A stretch of 50,601 nt of DNA from Gemmatimonadaceae bacterium (GTDB lineage Bacteria; Gemmatimonadota; Gemmatimonadetes; Gemmatimonadales; Gemmatimonadaceae), in contig JBBDYA010000088.1 of the NCBI GenBank assembly GCA_040902005.1, positions 1 to 50,601 of the forward strand, given 5' to 3'. Both the position numbers and the translations under genes were made by a program. Within the stretch, counting starts at the first letter, position 1. The number at the start of each line of letters is the position of its first letter. Below are positions 45,827-50,601 of this stretch, piece after piece. Under the pieces are notes generated by a model. The model saw nothing but the letters and a program-made list of their open reading frames with translations. It did no database searches and was not told where the DNA came from.

Positions 45827-48274
45827 ATGACACTTCCGACGACCACACGACTCGCCATGATCGCCGTCGCGGCCGCGCTCGCGCTGGCCACGACCTCCGC
45901 ATCGGCCCAGGGGACCCCGGCCTCGATTGCGTCGAAAACTACAGGATTCGAGCGCCGCGATGGTTTTGTGCCGGTTTTCGTGGACGCGAAGTCCGGAAAG
46001 CTCCTGCTCGAACTGCCCCGCGACTCGACACGCGCGCTCCTGCTGCTGTCGCAGGCGACTGGGTTCGGCTCCAACCCGATCGGCATCGATCGAGGCGCGA
46101 GCCAGGGCGCGGACCTGGTGTGGTTCGTTCGCGAGGGGGACCGCGTCCTCGTCGTGATCGAGAACACGCGATACCGGACGTCCGCCGCGGGGAATGCCGC
46201 GCATCAGCGGACGATCGAGGAAGGGTTTCCGTCCAGCACGATCGCGGCGCTTCCCTTGCTCGCTGAGGAACAGGGGCGGTTGCTGGTGGATGCCACGGAC
46301 TTCGCGATCCGGGACTGGACCGAGGTCGCGCAGACGATGTCCCGGGCGCAGCAGGGGAGCTACAGCGTGGCGCGCGACCGCTCCGGCATCAACCGCGCGC
46401 TGACGCGGGCCTTTCCCGACAACACGGAGATCGACGTGACGCTGACCTACGCGCTCTCGGGCGGCAGGCCCGGGGGGATCGTCAACCAGACGGTGCCCGA
46501 CGGACGCGCGTTCACACTGCGCCATCACATCACGCTGCACCGGTTGCCCGACGACAACTACCGGCCGCGCGAGTGGGATCCGCGCGTCGGCTATGGCGCC
46601 GTCGCCTTTCATGACTTCGCACGCCCCATCCAGGAGCCGCTGCAGGTGCGGTGGATCCGGCGGCAGCGGCTGGAACGCGTGAACCCGAACGATCCCAATT
46701 CAGCATTCAGGAAACCCATCGTCTTCCACGTGGATCGCGGCATTCCGGAGCCACTGCGGACCGCCACGCTGGAGGGGGCGAAGTTCTGGGAGCAGGCGTT
46801 CGACCGCGCCGGGCTGCGCGGCGGCTTCCGCGCCGAGCTCCTGCCGGAAGGCGCCGACCCGATGGACGCGCGCTACAACGTGGTGCAATGGATCAACCGC
46901 AACGAGCGCGGGTGGTCGGTGGGCGGTTCGCTGGGCGATCCGCGCACGGGAGAGATCCTGAAGGGCATGGCGCGGATGGATTCGCACCGCGCGCGCACGG
47001 ATTACAACCTGTACGCGGGACTCATGGGTGCGTCGCCGTCGGCCGCGGACACCGCGTTCGTGCTCGCGCGGGTGCGGCAGGTGACGGCGCACGAGATCGG
47101 GCACACGATCGGGCTGAGCCACAATTACATCGCGTCCACGTACGAGCGCGGTTCGACGATGGATTATCCGCCGCCACGCGTGCGACTCACGGCGAACGGC
47201 GAGATCGACATCTCGGCGGCGTACGATGTGGGGCCCGGCGCGTACGATGTGTGGGCGATCCGGTGGGGCTACGGCATCTTCCCGCCGGCCACGGAGCGGG
47301 ATTCGCTGCGCGCCATCGTCGCCGACGGAGTGCGCCGCGGCTACCTGTATCTCTCGGACGGCGATGCCCGCCCGGACTTCGCGTCCGACCCCCGGACCAA
47401 TCTCTGGGACGACGCCGCGACGCCGTCCGAGTTCCTGCGACATCAGATGGACGTGCGTCGCGTCGCCATGCGCCGGTTCGGGTTGCGCAACATCCGTCCC
47501 GAGCAGCCCATCGGGCTGCTCCAGGAGCGGTTTGCGCCTGTGTATTTCATGCATCGGTTCGCGCTCAACTCCCTGGCGAAGACCATCGGCGGCATGGAGT
47601 ACTCGAATCCCCTGAGCGGAGACGGCCAGCAGGCGACACGCCCCATCGGCGCCGCCCGACAGCTGGAGGCGCTCGGACAACTCATCGCGGCGCTCCAGCC
47701 TGCGGAACTCGCCATCCCGGACACGGTGCTCACCCTGATGGTGCCGGGCGCCAGCGCGGTGACGCCGCAGGTGGAGCTCTTCGGCACGCGTACGCGCCCT
47801 GCCTTCGACGAACTGGGCGCAGCGCGGACGTTGTCCCAGATGGTGGTTGACCTGATCCTGCAGCGTGAGCGGGCCGCGCGGCTGGTGCAGTTCGCGACGC
47901 GCGCCGGCACGCAGCTTACCCTGCCGATGGTGATCGACACGCTCGTGGCGGATACCTGGCGGCGGGCCGTTCCTTCGGCCCCCAAGCTCGCGGCGCTCCA
48001 GCGCGTGACCCAGCGCGCCGTGACGGATCGCCTGATTAACCTGGCCGCGGATTCTTCTGCGGCGCCGGAAGTGCGCGCGATCGTGAATCTGAAGCTCATG
48101 GACCTGCGGACGGAGGCGCGCACGCGCAGCGCGGCCGGCCCGTTCGAGCGGCGCGCCCACTTTACGGCGATCGCGCGGGACATCGATCGCTGGATCGAGC
48201 AGGGTGAGGTTCCGGCGCTGACGCCGGCACTGATTGCGCCGCCGGGAGATCCCTTCGGCGTTCCCGAGCAGTGA
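45827..48274 (+). CDS. Secreted zinc-dependent metalloprotease (metzincin, EcxA-like)
   Basis: Signal peptide; DPRVGY, DPRTGEI, HEIGHTIGLSHN, STMDY Met-turn. Confidence 0.9.
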   Translation: MTLPTTTRLAMIAVAAALALATTSASAQGTPASIASKTTGFERRDGFVPVFVDAKSGKLLLELPRDSTRALLLLSQATGFGSNPIGIDRGASQGADLVWFVREGDRVLVVIENTRYRTSAAGNAAHQRTIEEGFPSSTIAALPLLAEEQGRLLVDATDFAIRDWTEVAQTMSRAQQGSYSVARDRSGINRALTRAFPDNTEIDVTLTYALSGGRPGGIVNQTVPDGRAFTLRHHITLHRLPDDNYRPREWDPRVGYGAVAFHDFARPIQEPLQVRWIRRQRLERVNPNDPNSAFRKPIVFHVDRGIPEPLRTATLEGAKFWEQAFDRAGLRGGFRAELLPEGADPMDARYNVVQWINRNERGWSVGGSLGDPRTGEILKGMARMDSHRARTDYNLYAGLMGASPSAADTAFVLARVRQVTAHEIGHTIGLSHNYIASTYERGSTMDYPPPRVRLTANGEIDISAAYDVGPGAYDVWAIRWGYGIFPPATERDSLRAIVADGVRRGYLYLSDGDARPDFASDPRTNLWDDAATPSEFLRHQMDVRRVAMRRFGLRNIRPEQPIGLLQERFAPVYFMHRFALNSLAKTIGGMEYSNPLSGDGQQATRPIGAARQLEALGQLIAALQPAELAIPDTVLTLMVPGASAVTPQVELFGTRTRPAFDELGAARTLSQMVVDLILQRERAARLVQFATRAGTQLTLPMVIDTLVADTWRRAVPSAPKLAALQRVTQRAVTDRLINLAADSSAAPEVRAIVNLKLMDLRTEARTRSAAGPFERRAHFTAIARDIDRWIEQGEVPALTPALIAPPGDPFGVPEQ

Positions 48275-48275
48275 G

Positions 48276-50588
48276 ATGCGGATTCGTCGCATCGGGATAG
48301 TCGGGGCGGGCACGATGGGCGCCGGCATTGGCGCCCTCGCTGCCTCGGCGGGTGTGCCGGTGGTGTTGCTGGACGTTCCCGCGGCGGACGGAGGGGGGGC
48401 AGACGCGAGCGCGCCGGCCCGGAAGGGGCTGGAGCGCCAGCTGAAGGCGCGCCCGGCGGCATTCATGGACACGGCGCGCGCGGACCTCGTTCGCGTGGGC
48501 AACACCCGTGACGATCTCGCGCTCCTCGCCGACTGCGATCTGGTCATCGAGGCGATCATCGAGCAGGCCGAGCCGAAGAAGGCGTTGTACGAACGGCTGG
48601 AGCAGGTGATCCCACCGCGCACGATCGTCGCGTCCAACACGTCCGGCATTCCGATGCGACTGCTGGTGGACGGGCGGGGATCGGCATTTCGCGAGCGGTT
48701 TCTGGGGATGCATTTCTTCAATCCGCCGCGGTACCTGCACCTGCTGGAGATCATCGCGGCGCCGGAGACCAGCGAGGAGACGCTTACCGTGGCGCGCGCC
48801 TTCAGCGAGCGCGTGCTGGGCAAGGGAACGATCCGCGCGAAAGACGTCCCCGGGTTCGTGGCCAACCGCCTCGGCGTCTACGGCATGGTGCTGGCGCTCC
48901 GGATGCTGGACGAGTTCGACCTGAGCATCGATGAAGTGGACGCGCTCACGGGGCCGGCCCTGGGGCGCGCCAGGTCCGCGACGTTCCGCACCGCGGACCT
49001 CACCGGGCTGGACGTGCTGGACCACGTCGCGAAGGAGCTCACGCACGCCACCGGCGAAGACTTCGAGTTGCCCGACTGGGTGAAGCAGTTGATCGGCCAC
49101 GGACAGCTGGGGGAAAAGACGGGCGCCGGCTTCTACAAGAAGGTGGGGAAGGACATTCAGACGCTCGATCGAAAGACGCTGGAGTACGGTCCGCAGCGCA
49201 CGGTGGAATCGCAGGAACTCGCGGCGCTGGCGCGACTGCCGCTCGAGCAACGGTTTGCGGCGGTCCGGGACCTTTCCGGGACATACGGAGAGTTCGCGAG
49301 GGCCTACCTGCTGCGGCTGTCGCACTTCGTGCTGGAGCGCACGCCGGACATCGCCTACGATCTGCCCAGCGTGGACCGTGGGATGGAATGGGGCTACGCC
49401 TGGGAAGCGGGGCCGTACCGGCAGATGGACCTGCTCGGCCTCGATTTCGTGCGCGCGGGATTCAAGAAGCACAAGCTTGCGCCGCCGCCGCTGCTCGGAA
49501 TGGCGAAGAAGAGCTTTTACGCCGACGGGGGCACGACGGTGCTCCAGCTCGACGGCAGCTACGCCGCCGTGCCTCCCGTCGCGAATTCGGTGTCGCTGGC
49601 CGCCGCGCGGCGCGCGCGGGAGCCGTTCTTCGAATCCGCGGACGCCTCCCTGGTGGATCTCGGAGACGGCGTGGCCTGTTTCGAGTTCCACAGCAAGATG
49701 AACACGATTGGCGAAGGGGTGCTGACGGGGCTTCGCGACGCGCTGGAGCGGGTGGAGCGCGGCAACCTCGCCGGCCTCGTGATCGGCAACGACGACCCGC
49801 GCACGTTCACCGCGGGGGCGGACCTGGCGATGGTGGGCGCACTGGTGCGAAAGGGCGACTGGAAGACGCTGGAGACCGCCATCTCCGATTTCCAGCAGCG
49901 CGCCATGCAGCTGCGATACGCTCCCTTTCCGGTGGTGGCCGCCCCGTTCGGGCTCACCCTGGGTGGCGGCAGTGAGTTTTCACTGCACGCGGACGCGATC
50001 CAGGCGCACGCCGAGCTGTACATGGGGCTCGTGGAGGTCGGCGTCGGGCTGCTTCCGGGAGGGGGCGGCACGAAGGAACTGCTGTTCCGCTTCACCAGGG
50101 AACTCGCTGCGTACGAGGAGGCCGATCCTTTCGAGGGGGTGAAGCGCGCCTTCAGGCTCATCGCGATGGGGACGACGAGCACGAGCGCGCTCGACGCGCG
50201 ATCGCTCGGGTTCCTGCGCGCGAGCGACGGCATCTCGATGAATCGCGATTTCCTCATCGCGGACGCAAAGCGGCGCGTGCTCGCTCTCGCGCCGGGGTAC
50301 GTCCCACCGACGATGCAGCGCATCACCGCCATCGGCAAGGAGGGATTAGGAAACCTCAAGTACGCTGCGTGGGCGATGCGGCAGGCGTCGCAGATCACGG
50401 ACTACGAGGTGACACTCGCCCAGGAGATCGCGTACGTCCTCTGCGGCGGCGATGGTCCGCCCAGGACGGTGACCGAGCAGGACATCCTCGACCTGGAACG
50501 GGACGCGTTACTGCGACTGCTGGGAACGAAGGAAACGCAGGACCGCATGGAGCACATGCTCAAGACGGGGAAACCGTTGCGAAATTGA
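48276..50588 (+). CDS. 3-hydroxyacyl-CoA dehydrogenase / enoyl-CoA hydratase (FadN-type)
   Basis: GAGTMG, EAIIE, SNTSG, HFFNPPRY, C-terminal crotonase (GADL, LGGGSE, VEVGVGLLPGGGG), TGKPLRN end. Confidence 0.95.
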   Translation: MRIRRIGIVGAGTMGAGIGALAASAGVPVVLLDVPAADGGGADASAPARKGLERQLKARPAAFMDTARADLVRVGNTRDDLALLADCDLVIEAIIEQAEPKKALYERLEQVIPPRTIVASNTSGIPMRLLVDGRGSAFRERFLGMHFFNPPRYLHLLEIIAAPETSEETLTVARAFSERVLGKGTIRAKDVPGFVANRLGVYGMVLALRMLDEFDLSIDEVDALTGPALGRARSATFRTADLTGLDVLDHVAKELTHATGEDFELPDWVKQLIGHGQLGEKTGAGFYKKVGKDIQTLDRKTLEYGPQRTVESQELAALARLPLEQRFAAVRDLSGTYGEFARAYLLRLSHFVLERTPDIAYDLPSVDRGMEWGYAWEAGPYRQMDLLGLDFVRAGFKKHKLAPPPLLGMAKKSFYADGGTTVLQLDGSYAAVPPVANSVSLAAARRAREPFFESADASLVDLGDGVACFEFHSKMNTIGEGVLTGLRDALERVERGNLAGLVIGNDDPRTFTAGADLAMVGALVRKGDWKTLETAISDFQQRAMQLRYAPFPVVAAPFGLTLGGGSEFSLHADAIQAHAELYMGLVEVGVGLLPGGGGTKELLFRFTRELAAYEEADPFEGVKRAFRLIAMGTTSTSALDARSLGFLRASDGISMNRDFLIADAKRRVLALAPGYVPPTMQRITAIGKEGLGNLKYAAWAMRQASQITDYEVTLAQEIAYVLCGGDGPPRTVTEQDILDLERDALLRLLGTKETQDRMEHMLKTGKPLRN

Positions 50589-50601
50589 CGACGGACGTGA
50601 C

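Noticed and set aside
46700..49691. Long antisense ORFs (46700..48865, 48162..49691) and similar ones such as 32083..33600, 34066..35601, 14738..16150
   Set aside because: They lie opposite well-supported genes and have no motifs; expected in high-GC DNA with few stop codons
1..50601. rRNA, tRNA, riboswitch, transposase, integrase or prophage genes
   Set aside because: None recognised by eye; intergenic gaps are short. A covariance-model scan (Infernal/Rfam, tRNAscan-SE) would be needed to exclude small RNAs

Overview
GC-rich bacterial chromosomal segment; gene content and style suggest Gemmatimonadota (inference, not searched). Most of it is housekeeping: a caa3-type cytochrome c oxidase operon (ctaC-D-E-F plus a truncated ctaG not in the ORF track), nicotinate phosphoribosyltransferase, a cNMP-domain-fused aspartase, Tat-exported asparaginase, leuS, kup, an ECF sigma/anti-sigma with TolC-MacA-MacB-like exporter, nth, polX, peptidases and a FadN-type beta-oxidation enzyme. 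No rRNA, tRNA, CRISPR array or transposase was seen. The top candidate for an undescribed system is a predicted sigma-54 operon (25428-29972, minus strand). It encodes a ZU5-like lipoprotein ending in an HF|S autoproteolysis-type motif that would free the peptide SGYILASGR..., a stand-alone TPR protein, a sensor-less sigma-54 activator and a TPR-HD-GYP phosphodiesterase. An unrelated small Thr-stalk lipoprotein 15 kb away carries a near-identical peptide (C-R-SGYVIVSGR-SDST-C), suggesting a peptide-signal system with two precursor types. Other observations: a 184-bp MITE-like palindrome flanked by CTAG copies that form the stop codons of two convergent genes, a heptamer-repeat palindrome translated inside ctaG, repeated leaderless -10 promoters and a 20-aa leaderless uORF.
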